Source: Selaginella moellendorffii
Lineage: Eukaryota; Plantae; Lycopodiophyta
Reading direction: 5' to 3'
Length of the DNA stretch: 64,000 nucleotides
Assembly (NCBI RefSeq): GCF_000143415.4
Contig: NW_003314375.1
Span: forward strand, 62,001-126,000
Shown here: in pieces, positions 12,127 to 24,900 of the stretch
Position numbering within the stretch: position 1 is the stretch's first letter
Layout: the number at the start of each line of letters is the position of its first letter
The notes under the pieces: model-generated
What the model was told of the DNA's origin: nothing
What the model saw: the letters and a program-made list of their open reading frames with translations, nothing else
Database searches by the model: none
Program-made: the position numbers and the translations under genes

Positions 12127-12141
12127 ATGATATGAACTATA

Positions 12142-12690
12142 CTAGTACTTGCCCAGCAAAAGCTGGGTGGTTTACAAAGAGGTTCAATATAAAACCTCTT
12201 TATAGACAGTGTTGATTGTAAAAACAGAAGGATCTTGAGGAAGGAAGTGGTTTTTGGCGTGTGGTGTTTTGAACTTTAATTTCAAGTTCATGTGGTGATG
12301 TGGATCTTGATAAAGCCACATAAAGTTGCCCATTAGTGAAAATTGGGTGGGGCAAATAAACTCCAAGTCAGTCAAATGTTTATCTTTAAAATTTGGAGAT
12401 TGTTAAGTAGTAACCCAAACAAATTGGAAATTGTCGTCTAGACATTTTAAATGGAATTTCCGTATTTGATGGTATTAGTGTGATATGTGGGATAAAAACT
12501 CTTGTCCCTTTAAATTGCCCCATCACAATTTCACAATTTAAAACATTTGGTAATGCATTTTTAAAGATGAGAATTGCATAATCCTACTAATGGAGATATA
12601 TTCTTTAAGAGGATAAGAATAACATCTTGTTTGAGATAGAGTTTATGTGGTGGAAGATCAGAAGGTGTGATAGAATTTAGGAACATAAGA
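12142..12690 (-). mobile_element. Helitron 3' end with decayed PIF1-type helicase C-terminus
   Basis: Minus strand reads FLNSITPSDLPPHKLYLK..ILLKNISP..GLCN, RVFIPHITLIPS..IPFKMSRRQFPI, GVYLPHPIFTNGQLYVALSR and NTVYKEVL. It is followed by the hairpin cccagc-tttt-gctggg (12152-12167) and CTAG|T at 12145-12141. Confidence 0.9.
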
Positions 12691-13009
12691 GCCATCTATT
12701 CCTCCACTTTTTTAATTGATTGGGTTTCACCCATTTTTTCAAAATGGTATCTTGCCTTTTAAGTTGAGCTTAGCCAAACTAAATTGGACTACTAGATGTC
12801 AATCTCAATAAGTGGTGTGATTTCTCTAGCTCACTAATAGAGTCACTACTTTGATACTAAATATAAACTCCTAAATTTAGACTTTTCAGCAAATAATTCA
12901 AAACACTTAAGTAATCCAAAACCTTTAACCAATTGAAAAAGAAGGTCCATTTTTACAAATAGTCTCTTGAGTTTTTCTCTTTAATTACTTATACAAATAT
13001 AACTAATAG

Positions 13010-14580
13010 AGAGTTAGACAATGCCTCAAGTTTATTAGCTATGCCTAACTTACATACTATCTTTACTATATATTTTTAACCTCTCATAGAAGTGAATCAC
13101 TATGTCCAAGATTTAATGCATTTAATATGGACTAAATGCAATTAGGCAATACTAAAAGAGATGGAATTGATATACTAATATGGAAAAACTAAACCCAACA
13201 ACATAATCCTCCTCAATACCATCTGATAAATAAGTCCATCATTACCAAATCATCATTAAGCTAAGTGTCAATAGTCCTTGATTAAGTCTACAAGCAATCA
13301 CTATTTTTAAAACAACCAACAATCACTCTTGAATTTGCCTTCACAAGACTCAAATACCAAACTCACATCATTAAATCATATATTTATCCAATAAAAAGGT
13401 AACATTCTAAGTATAATACATTGGAACATAGACAAATACAAACAAAATAACTACTCAAATTTAATCAAATAGTAATAAACTCACCTATACATCTAATTAA
13501 ATTAGTGCAAAGCACAACTCAAGAGGCTAGCAATAAATGATCAATACTCAATTAAAACTAAAGTGAAGACTATAAGATGGACTTCCATAGGTACACAACC
13601 TCTTAATAAACAAAGCGACAATACAAATACTTACAACGCCATCATAAATAACTCAATTGAACATCACCATCCTTAGCCAAAGCACAAGGCCACCAAGACT
13701 AAATTAAGATGAGTGAGAGTTCACTACTTGTAAGCAACCAAAGAGATTGACTCAAAAAATAATTTATAAAAGTTTAAATATAGAAGAAAAGTGCATATAA
13801 ATAAAAATATACCCTTTTTTCCAATCGGTTAAAGATCTTAGGACACTTGGGGTTAAACATCTTTGGTTTTGAGTAGTATTGGGATGAGTGACCTCCCAAG
13901 AAGTCAAAATTCATAAGCTTACACTACTCTTTTAAAATTTAACTAAATGTAAAGTGCAACTTGCCACCAAACATAATATTATAAAAAAAAGGTACAAAGG
14001 TTACATTTTGAGAAAAGTGAAATAGCCACTTTTCTACTTAAACTCTAGATTTTATCCAACTCAATTATGTTAGCCCCAAAATTTAGCATTCTTTCAAGCT
14101 GCATTATATAAATTACCTACTAACGTCAAAGTCAACTAAAGTTAACCCCTTCACTAGTTTGCAATGGCTTTTGAAAATAAAATGGTTTTTGGGTAAAATG
14201 ATTAACAAATAAACCATTAAGTAAATTTATGAAAATAAAATTATTGTAGAGAAAGAAAGACTCTTAGTCTTTCTTTCAATACAAATTCTTAAGACTCAAT
14301 TAACTTCCTCCTGTTTACAATTTCTCATTTCACCTCAATATAATTCTAATGACCCAATAGAATCCCAATGGCCCAATAGAATGCATGTCTACTGATATTT
14401 GCAAATGCTAATAAATACATAAAACCTAATCACAAAGCATATCTTTGGATATTTAAATCTCATTAACACTCTTCTTCAACCATTTTTAAGACCAAATGTC
14501 ATTAACATGTCTAATGACATGAAAAATCAAGTTCTAGGGAAAAATCTTAACAATACCACTTCCATTAACACCTCAATTTC
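13010..14580 (-). mobile_element. Decayed copy of the AT-rich LTR-element family found at 53-59.6 kb
   Basis: 13010-13080 resembles 55840-55910, 13090-13740 resembles 57370-58020, and 14020-14570 resembles 58060-58660. Confidence 0.65.
13810..13905 (+). repeat. 5S rRNA-derived segment (internal control region) in a repeat
   Basis: gttaaacatctttggttttgagtagtattgggatgagtgacctcccaagaagtc aligns with plant 5S gttaagcgtgcttgggcgagagtagtactaggatgggtgacctcccgggaagtc. Confidence 0.75.
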
Positions 14581-14904
14581 ACACTTAAGTAAAGTACAGT
14601 GAAATGAAGTGAGAACTTAGAAGGCTTCTTTCTTTCTTTATGAACTCACCTACTTGCAAAAGCAGTCTACACAGCCATCTCAGCAAAGCCTTATTGATGG
14701 AGCCAACTTATATCCCTAGATGGCCTCCAATCACTTCACACTTGTAGACTCTTGTCCTTGGTCCTGTAACAAGCTGTAGTGTTGAGCTCAATGCAGTCTT
14801 GTAAGGAAATTGATGCTAGAGGACCAAGAATCATTTGCTGTCGCCAATATATACTAAGGAACCCTGGTGCTCAGTACAGCATGCCACAATGGCAAAACCT
14901 TGCC

Positions 14905-15140
14905 ATGCTCTCCCAGCACAGAAATCTACAGCACCATCGCTCAAGGATCCTAAATAATATCAAGATCCGATGGACCACATTGACTAGCTAGAACAACACA
15001 ATGTTGATGTCGTTTGTAACATGCTGCAAGCACTATAAGCAGCTGCAAATTTGTACACTCTTGAACACCATCACACTTGCAATTTGTACTTATTTTTCCA
15101 GCCTAGAGGCTGCATGATCTGGCACAGTGTGTCAATCTCT
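14905..15140 (+). pseudogene. Scrambled, decayed BTA1 fragments
   Basis: atggaccacattgactagctagaacaa..atgttgatgtc and cagcctagaggctgcatgatctggcacagtgtgtc match BTA1 6855-7030; 14905-14960 resembles BTA1 exon 1. Confidence 0.75.
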
Positions 15141-16759
15141 TTCTATTTCAAATTTATATGTACAAGGTGGTGTTAGGGATCTTGGTGAGACAAGGAGAGC
15201 TTCATGGTTGAGTAGCAGTTTGTGTTCCATATCATCTGTATAGCCAAAAGATTTTTAAAATTCACAGACTAATATATAATCCTCTATTATTTGGATCTGC
15301 AAATACATGGAGCAAGGTCAATAGGAAATCATTGCTATTCATAAAAATATTCTTAAATACTAAAGAATATATTATTAAGGTTTAGGTATTTTAAGGAAAA
15401 ATATAATTTTAATAATATTTAGGTCTGTGTAAACTACCATTATCTATTTTAGTATCAATAGTTGCTATTTAATAGAGGTTTTATGTTAGTACCTAGTTTA
15501 TAGAAGAAAATATTACTTTACTATTTAATGATTAGTATTTCTACTAATTATTTAAGTAGAATTTCCTACTCATTATTACTATAAAACTCCTTAGAGTGTA
15601 ATTATGAGAAATGCCTTATGTTATTTAAGGTTTAATTTATAAATAAAAGTTTAATTATAACTATAATAAAATAAAATATAATACTAATATCAAATTATTT
15701 CTCAGTCATAAATATCTTATATTTAAATATTACAGGGTGACAAATTCAAACTTTAACATTTGGATCCATCCTAAAAAACATATAACAAAATATATATACA
15801 TATGTTTGCAAGGATGAAAAATTTATCAAAAGTCTGATGTTAAAGAAAGTATTACTTGGGAATATGTTTGTAAGCCTTCCCATTTGCAATATCAATTTGT
15901 AGTGCATCTGAATTTGGAGTTGAACTTCAAGCAAGTTGCACTGTAAAACAAAAGTCTAGTACACACTCAAAATCCTTTATGATCACTAACTCCTTGTATT
16001 CAACTCTTGCATACAAAATAATATTAGATTGATTTTAGCAAAATTTCAACATACTAGTACCCCATTAACTAGAACAATATAGAGCTTGGGCTTAAACCCA
16101 AGCTTGACACTTAACAAAAAGCCACACAACTCAATAAGAGCTAACCTAATATGTCAAGTGGTTAACTATACTTCTAACCATTATCTCTACTATATATTTA
16201 GAACCACCCATACCTAGAATAAAAGATGGCCGAGAATCCTCTAAATCATCAAAGAACACTCAAAGCTCATTTATTGTAAACATGAGTGTTACATCTATCA
16301 ACTATAACATAGATTACCAAGCTCTTTTTCATTGATAAACTAAACTTTTTACCACATTAAAGCTCAAAAACTTGTGTGTAATATTTAGATTGAAAACAAT
16401 CTTAACATCACTAGCTTGAATGGCCCTTGGCCTTCATAAGTTGATTGTATATAGAATTATTGAGTTCTATAGAATTACTATGAACTCAAGACTTCAATTC
16501 TTGAACTTTTACCATGGGATGTGGATGTGTATATATAATGGATTCCACCATATTCATTTTAGCATTCTCTAAACTCTTCACAAAAAGAGAATCATTATGT
16601 TAATGTTTAGCTTTGTAGTAATGAAAACAATTATCCTTCACTTTATCTTTTTCATGTTGGTACAAACAAAGCTTCTTGACCTTATTACTATCTCCATTCT
16701 TCTAGCCTCAAATCCTCCTTGAACTGCTCATTTCCATTGAGTTTAAACCTTTGATGAAA

Positions 16760-17310
16760 CATTATACTTTTAGTAATTCATTTCAGGTTACCCAACCTAA
16801 TACTATTTAAATCCCAAATATCTCAAAACCCTTAACTGATTGAAAAAGGGGTGCACTCTTTTTTATGGGTTATTTCCCTATAAATTATCTTTTAAATTGT
16901 TCTTTTTAGTTGCTTATAATCCATTATGCTTCCATATAAGTTCATCCCCCCGTAACCAAAAGCTGAGAGCTATAACTTTCCTAAAAGCCCCACTTTATTG
17001 ACACTCTATCCTTCAAGTTGAACCCAATTGGAGGCAAACTGAACTTGCTAGATATCAATTTTAATATGTGATATGATTCCCTTAGCTAACTAATAAAGTT
17101 AGAATTTAAGCCAATTTAATACTAATAAATTTTTAAATTTAAAATTCCCGTGAGGTCACCCAACCTAGTACTATTCAAACTAAAAAACACTTAACCTTAA
17201 ATATTTTAAAACTCTTAACCAATTGAGAAAGGGGTACACTTTTTCATAAGCCATTTCATTCTATATTTAAACCCTTATTGATTGTTCCTTTTTGTTGCTT
17301 ATAATATACT
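16760..17310 (-). mobile_element. Cassandra-like TRIM relic with two 5S-containing direct repeats
   Basis: Direct repeats at ~16760-16944 and ~17130-17310 carry agtactaggttgggtgacctcacgggaa-like 5S sequence, with a ~190-bp internal part and a G-rich PPT at 16945-16952. Confidence 0.6.
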
Positions 17311-17849
17311 TATAATACAAAGGTAAAGATCATAGAACTTATAAATAGGTATATGCATTTAAAGATAAAGTCTCATGCTTAATCTTTAGCAATTGGTTCA
17401 TGAGATAAACCTTAAAAATATTTCTACACTAAATATACTAATCCTTCTATTGTGTAAATCATTTGAAGCAATTACTTATCCACTTGTACTACAGTCCTAT
17501 GGTATATATCTTATTCAAATGTATATTATATTTTAAGTAGCCATTAATTAATGGGAATTGAAATTGTGCTATTTCCTCTGATACTATATGTAATACACTT
17601 TATCTCTCTCCCTTAAGCTAATTGGAAAAAAATCAATTGCTTAATAAGGGGGCCCTTAGTGAATATTTTATCCATATATATTCAATAATATCCCAAGGAT
17701 GTATGGTAGTATATCTAAATCTAATTCTATGATTATATACACTATAAAAGTATATGGACTGAAATAGTAAAATACACACAATAACTAATCATTGAAATTT
17801 ATAGAATTTTTATGTAAGATATAGAGTAATTGACTATTTTATATTATAA

Positions 17850-20800
17850 TATGGATCTAAAGGGCTTTTTAAGATATTTTAACTGGAGGAGTTAGTCAAA
17901 CCCTAGATACAAATCTCACAATTCATAGTAAGGCCTCACAACCATGGCCATAGCCTCCTCTGTGTTGCTTCTCATCTGTGATTTACATAGCCAAAAAGCT
18001 AAATTGATTTTCTAAAATAAAATAAAAGTTTTTAATATTCACAATAATCCAAAACCATTACAACATAACCCTCAAGAGAAGCAAGCCAAACTCATCTTGA
18101 CAGACTGAAACACTAGTAAAATTTCACAAATTCAAAGTGGAAGCTTAAATACTACTTAAAGGAATCATAGCACTACTACATGCTTAGTATTCTGCTTTTC
18201 TCAGGCAACTTTTGGGCGTTTCTGTTGCAAATCGTCCGCAAACTTTTCTGTGGCATCTATTGGGCGCTTCTGTCGCGGATCACCTGTAAACTTGAAATGT
18301 CGCATCATGATATCATGGGAATAGCGTATCACGAATGTGTCTTACCAAGCTCCTTAATGTCAGAGACGTTTGGAATTGGAAGCTTATACGTGTCAGGAAG
18401 CAGCAAATGGAGCCATGATTTCGCTTCCTCTGATTGCTTTCCAGCCTCCACCTCCGTATCCCGCACCGCAATTGAAAGTTCAGCTAGAAGTCTCTTCGCC
18501 TCAGCACCAAGGAAACGAAAGTTGCGTTCGAGACCATAAACTGTTATGTGCGCAACAGGCTCCGTCTCCTGTCCATAAGCGTCGTCATCCTGCGAGTAAG
18601 ACTTATGCAGCTCATTCTCCTTCCATAACTTTGTTGGCACTGGCTCTTTATGTTTTGGTTCTTGGACATTGATGAGGACCGTCACCACTTTGATTTCGAT
18701 TCCTGAGACTTGCATGAGCCTCGGCCTCAACGCAGTCGTAGAAGCTTTGTTGAGCCACCCACACTTTTTACTGTTTTTGACCGAAACGAGCAGCGCAGTC
18801 ATCCCCCTGGAAGTCCAGACCGGAATAACAATGTCATAACCTCGGACTTTATTGTTGGCTTTGTACATGATTGCACAGCCTCTCATGAACGCAGCTGCCA
18901 AGATCTCGGGTGTCAACTGCCCCTGCTTAACCAGCATAAAACTGTTAAAAAAGACGGCAGCGGATTCATCCAGGCCGCTGCATGCCTCGTCAACCTGTGC
19001 CTCCTCCCAGCCCAGCAATCGTCCGATATAATCCCGGAGAGGAATGCGGCGTAGGTAGTAGTCACCCTTGTACAAGCTCCAACAAGCTTGCAGCAAGATG
19101 AGCTTCACTATGAATTCCCCCCGAGGTCCAGCATCCACATAGCCATTGTAGCAGCCGTTCAGGAACAGCCCTAGAGCAACTTCTAGAGGCTCGCCACTCT
19201 TGCGGTTGAGAATCCTAGCGGCCGCTTCACTCACAACGGGCTCCACGGGCTGACTGATATGCACTCTCGTACGATCGAGGGAGATGAACGTAAGGATACT
19301 CATGTGAGAAGCGACAAGAAGCTGGCTTTGCGCACTCCGCGGGCATATCTCCAGGCCCGCTGATGCTGAAAGCAAGGCCAACGCCTGGCTCTCAGCCATC
19401 TGTACCTTTCCGGTAGAACCACAAACGTCCACAGCTTGCCCCTGAAAGTCCCCGTGCAGCACCCCAACCAGCTTGGCTTCCGCGAGATCGAGGAGGCTCC
19501 ACACATTTGGATTGCTGTCAAGGCGGCTACTCCATAGGGGCCTTCCATACCTGAACAACTGAGCTGGAGACAAATCCGTAGTCCGAGGAACAAGGTCCAT
19601 ATTCACCACCTGATAAATAGGCCTTAAAAGCCGCAAACCCAGGATATTAGCTTTCCTCGACTGGTCCTCGTGCCGTCGAGGCTGCAGATTACTGATACTC
19701 CACATCGTATCCATGACAACTGCAAAGTATTTCTTGTGTGTGAAGAAAGCTCTCGCCACTCGCCTCATCTGGTCAAACGGCGATTGTGCCATACCGAAGG
19801 TGCTTTCCCCATTCGGTAAGAGACCGCGACCTTCATCAAAAACAAAAAGCACCTGCACCTCCCCCTCGTCCGGCAGTACATCCTTCAAGTTTTCAAACTC
19901 TCGTTGGAGTAGTTTCTCGTTCCTGTCATCCGGTGACTCACTAATTTTCTCTACAGCTGTGCTGTTGATCAATTCAAGCCATTTCTTGTGCACGGCCTCC
20001 GCAATACTGGACGAATCCATCTGTGAATCCATCCACTGCACTGAGCTCATCTTCGCACCCTTCGCCATCTCATGGAGGACAAAAAGCCACGCTTTGAAGT
20101 ATAGCGCCATCTCCAACTCGCTGTTCGTTCGGCTGAGCTGGTTGGCAAGCTCCCCAGTTCGAGGAGGACAGGCGCTACTGTTTGCTGCTGCCGTGCTGCA
20201 ATAGCAAATATACACTCCCAGGCGCGACATCTGCATCACCCCGCGTGTTTTCCCCGTGCCAGAACCCTGTACTATGGAGGTATAGCAGCTGTAGTGCTCG
20301 TCTACACAATAGCCAGTGCTATAAGCCACAATAACAGAAGAATTCAAGACTTACTCTTTGAGCATTCCTTCCTCAACTTACACAGCTCCTTGTACAATAT
20401 CTTATGAGCCCCCCCAATGTAATCCCTCCGTAACGATTTCATCGCCACTTTCATATTACTCTCGTGCCACAAACGATCACGATCAGGCCCAGTGTTCTCT
20501 GCACAGGCACAAGCAAAAGAATACTCGAGCAGCAGACAAAAACACAGAACTTTCACCTATCGGCTTCTCCATGAGGAGCCTTTCACATTGACGCAGCCAC
20601 TCGTACGAAACACACTCCAACCTCTCCTTTATCCACTGTAGCAGCTTGGGGTCTCGTGTTTCTTTCTTTGCCACTAGGTCGCTTATCGTGTCGGAGCGAT
20701 CCTTTACTGCACAGGAAATGCAAAAAGAACAGTAGCCTAAAGAAACAGCGAAAGAACTTACAGTTGAACAGCCTATATATCTGGAATGCGAGACGAGGAT

Positions 20801-21890
20801 TTCCTGGAAACAAGGGCAAAACCTCATCTACATCGGCCGTCCACAACCTGGAGGCCGAATAGCCTTGCCGCTGAAGGCGCTCATAGTCAGGTCCACAAAG
20901 ATCCCGCAAGCGCTCCTCGCCGTCATCGCAGACGCTCTCCATTAAACCCTAGAACTTACCCTCACACACCTTTTTCCCACCACCCAATCTTATGGGGTCT
21001 GTCAAAATATAGTAATTTCAATTTACTCGTTTCATCATTAAAATTTTCGTCACATCTAGTATCAGCTTTCCTCTGAGTCCGAAACCACTGCGCTAGATCC
21101 TCACAAGAAGAAGATCAAGGAGCTAGTGGATCACGTAAGTTTTATTTTCGTTTTTTTGTTTCGACGGATCGCCATTCTTTTTTTTGCTCATCCCAGATCA
21201 TGAATGCTGATGATCCAGAAGTCACCGAAGCTGTAATCAGAGATCAACGCAGCGCTTCCAATGCACTCGAAGCTGTAGTCTACTCCACCTTGGCAGTGCA
21301 CAACATGAAACGCCATGTAAAGTTGAAGCCCAACCAAAAGAGTAAGAAGAAAGAAAGAGGAGTTACATTTTGGTAAAAGGTCACAATATGTACTGCTCGA
21401 AGTAGACTATTGTTGCTGTGCTGTTTCAGCATTTTGCATTGCTCGCAGCCTCCGGCACTGGCATAAGTTGTGAATTGTACCACTTCTGCAATTGCCAAAG
21501 CAGTGAAGTATATACTTCTAAGTGGCTGGAAATTATTTTCTACATCTTGTGTTTTGCTTGGCATCTGGATCTCGAGTAATGGGAATCACTGCAAGCGCCA
21601 TTTAAGGATTCTGAAGCTTCTAATGTAGCAAGTATGTACAATAACAAAAACATCAGGTCAACATGCGGCAATGGCAGAAGAATGTTTTCTGATTTTGCAT
21701 GACATTTCTTCATCCTTGGATTTTTTCCCCTATGAGTTTGCTGTTCTTCTTGTAATAGGACAAGCATTGTGAGGATTAGCAAAGCAAAACTTTCAATACT
21801 AGTAGCATAGAAGTCATATTTAAATTCTTGCTGCTTGCTAGACTGTAGTAAAGATTGATTCTTATTTATCCAACAATTTATTCTAAGTGC
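17850..21890. repeat. Segmental duplication, second copy at ~60060-64000
   Basis: Near-identical sequence including non-coding flanks (offset 42339 across the gene). ~21080-21290 is present only in this copy. Confidence 0.95.
18329..20942 (-). CDS. Crinkler/RHS-like protein: helical header + P-loop NTPase + PD-(D/E)xK-like nuclease domain, copy 1 (~815 aa)
   Basis: Exons 20942-20762, 20706-20557, 20498-20355 and 20301-18329 join in frame through 53-58 bp GT-AG introns. Motifs: Walker A SIVQGSGTGKTR, Walker B VLFVFDEGR, GRPLW, LVASHM, EPVVSEAAA, GPRGE and C-terminal GYDIVIPV...LLVSVKN. Confidence 0.8.
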
Positions 21891-21891
21891 T

Positions 21892-23216
21892 AGGGGGCTG
21901 TGAATTTCTGGTAAGTAGCAAATTTTCTTATATCTCCGTGTGAAGAGCTGTGTTTATTTATTCCAGGAGAAAAAAAGCCAGGTACTTCAAGGATGGATTG
22001 TACTACCACGGTAACATGGAACCAAAATTTTGAGCAAGGTTATCTGAATCTGTTGTTTTTCTTCACAGGAGCGCTTCATCGAGTCTCTTGTTAATGCGCC
22101 CACACTACAACAACAAAGAGAGCTCTGGTATAATGCATCCGCATGCACCAAAAGTAACTGTCTCACTTTGATTGCCTGAGCAGGTTCGCTTGTGTAGGAA
22201 ACTGGCTATCACAAGCTGGGATTTTTGCGAAGATGGTATCTTTCTTCGTAACCAACAGATTCACGATGTGGTTTTGTGCTGGAGTGTGCAAAGGCCAGCT
22301 TCGTCTGCTACGCAAGGAGGGCAACTTATACAAGTAAGACATCTTTCTCAGGCGTGATTCTCATTGAACCACTTGTCCTTTGTTTTCACAGCTACATTGT
22401 CCGCTGTCTAAATTCAACAGCTGCGTATTCACATCTCCGGGACAGAAACTACTTTTACCGCTGCTGCCTGACTGGGAAGTTTTCATCCAACTGCTGTCCT
22501 CGTTTCCTGGAAAAGGAAAACTTCCACAAACTCAAGGTACTACACACGAACGACTTGCCATGAATTTCAAGACTTTTGTGCTGTGTTGCAGACAAGGCTT
22601 GCTGCGGAGGAGTGCCTGTTGATCCAGACAGCCACATTTGTGGAGGAGCTTTCGAAGCGAATGTACACCAAGGTACGTACCTGGAACTTCTTGTTTGGTG
22701 AAATGCTGTGTATTGCTTGGTGCTCAGGTGATTTTGATGGACCACGTCGACTGGCTAGAACAAAGCGACGTCGATGTCCTTTGCAAAGCGCTGCAAGCAC
22801 ATGTAATTGTAAGTAGTTGCGAATTTCCACACCCTCGATCACCTCACACTTGTGATTTCCAGTTGGTTTTTAGCCTGGGCCGCGTGATCTGGCGCAGTGC
22901 GTCGTGATCTCCAAGCTACGCCAATTGCATCGAGAAATCTGGATTCAAAGGTTCGAAGTTCTTTCCTTTTTGGAACTGTTTTTGGAAGCTAAAAACCAAC
23001 TGTTTCTGCGCAGTGATCCAAGTAGCAACGAGCAAGGCTTACATGGACAGAGTAAACATGTACGCGAGCTTCTTCGTGGCTGTTCGCGTGGGTGGATTGG
23101 CATCCATCAAAATTCCAATCCATCCATCATCGAGGCTTCACGATCACAAGCTGGATCCTAAAGAACCCGAGTCGCCGGACTCGGTGCTACCAGCGCCATT
23201 GTGGATCGAGATTTGA
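21892..23216 (+). pseudogene. BTA1: 5'-truncated BTA1 pseudogene
   Basis: Near-identical to 5902-7335 but starts mid-exon, lacks ~6032-6137, has a 2-bp deletion at ~22878 (cctgggccgc vs cctggaggccgc) and CGA>TGA at 22905-22907. Confidence 0.93.
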
Positions 23217-24239
23217 TCGATCATTCCTTCCACTTCTCCACTGACGTCTATCGATTAATTGGAACATAACCATTGTTAATCAGCCCAAGGAATATATTTG
23301 GCCCAAACCATATAAATTGACTATCCATGATGGGATCTGCACAGCAAACTCCTGAAGCAGAGGTTATGTAGAATTTGCTGCATTGCGTTAAACATGCTGT
23401 TTGAGCATATAAAAAAAAATGGTGGTGATACTCCTTTCATGGCGAAAAACCGCAGCCACCTTCGCAGGACTAGGACTGCTTGCCACGATCAATTCTTGTG
23501 GTGGTCTGTTTTGCCACCTTTGCAGGACTAATTCAGGTGCAAGCTGATTTGACTAAAATAATATGGACCCCCTACCAGGTATTTTGCCATGAAAGCCAGG
23601 AGTGCTGAGCAGCACTAGACCTGGCAGCAGCAACAAGAATAAGAAGTATGGAAGTATAGAATTAAAAGTATAGAAGAATAAGTAAGAATATTGGCTGAAT
23701 TAGCCTTCTTAACATCAATCTTTAAGATTTAGACGATGGGATTGATCCACAACATCACCAGAATGTAAATATGTTTTAAACTTGTTTATATGGAACATTA
23801 GATGAATTTTTTAATTAATTGGCAAGTCCAAAATGCAAACAAAATCCCCCACACTATGAAATTGTCTAAGGCCCATAACATTGTGAAGACAATGTAGCGC
23901 CACCACCTCTTTTTAAAGACCATTTTGCATATAACAACTTAAGGAAAACTTTATCACCAACTTTGTACTTTTGATGATGATAATGTTCATTAGCTAATCT
24001 TTTATCTTGTTCTTGAGTTTGTTTCATGTTTAACTTTGTCAACTCAAATTTATCTTGTATATCCTCCAAGAAATAAAAAATATAAAGCATCCAAACCAAA
24101 GGTAAATTCAAACTCATGGAATACTTAAGAAGCTCATAACCATATATTAGCTTATTAATGAGCATTATTATGAGCAAATTAAAGTGTGTTTACACTCTGG
24201 TGATGTCATGTCATGATGAGCTATGATTTGGCTTCACCT

Positions 24240-24900
24240 AATTGCTTTCCAGCCTCCACCTATGTATCTGGCATTGCAATTGAAAATTAAACTAGAAGTT
24301 TCTTTGTCTTAGCACCAAGGAAACAAAAGTTGGGTTCAAAACCATAAATTGTTTATTGTGCACTGTCTTCTTGCCAAAGCTTCGTCATCCTGCCAGTAAG
24401 ACTTATGCAGCTCATCCTTCCTTTGTTGGCACTAGCTCTTTGGTTCTTGGACACTGATGAGGACTGTCACCACTTTGATTTGGATTGCTATGACTTGCAC
24501 GTTATTGTTGGCTTTGTACATGATTACAACGCAGCTGCTCAACTCCCCCTGCTTAACTAGAATTTAAACTGTTAATAGAGACCGCAGCGGATTCATCCAG
24601 ACCGCTGCATGCCTCGTCAACCTGTGCCTCCCCCAGCCCAGCAATCGTCAGAGATAATACCGGGGAGGAATGCGGCATAGGTAGTAGTCACCCTTGTACA
24701 AGCTCCAACAAGCTGCAGGAGGACGAGCTTCACTATGAATTCCCCCCTATGCCCAGCATCCACATAGCCATTGTAGCAGCCCTTCAGGAACAGCTCTAGA
24801 GCAACTTCTAGAGGTTCGGCCACAAGAATACTCATGTGAGAAGCGACAAGAAGTGGCTTTGAGCACTCCGCGGGCATATCTCCAGGCCCGCTGATGCAAG
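24240..24900 (-). pseudogene. Second shredded Crinkler-like fragment (duplicate of 8990-9645)
   Basis: Shares most deletion breakpoints with 8990-9645; part of duplicated block ~8470-9902 / 23685-25062. Confidence 0.9.

Noticed and set aside
13810-13905. Functional 5S rRNA gene
   Set aside because: Only the internal half matches, it is decayed, and it sits in a repeat context.
21885-21895. CTAG at the Crinkler-flank/BTA1 junction as a Helitron 3' end
   Set aside because: Followed by G rather than T, and no subterminal hairpin.
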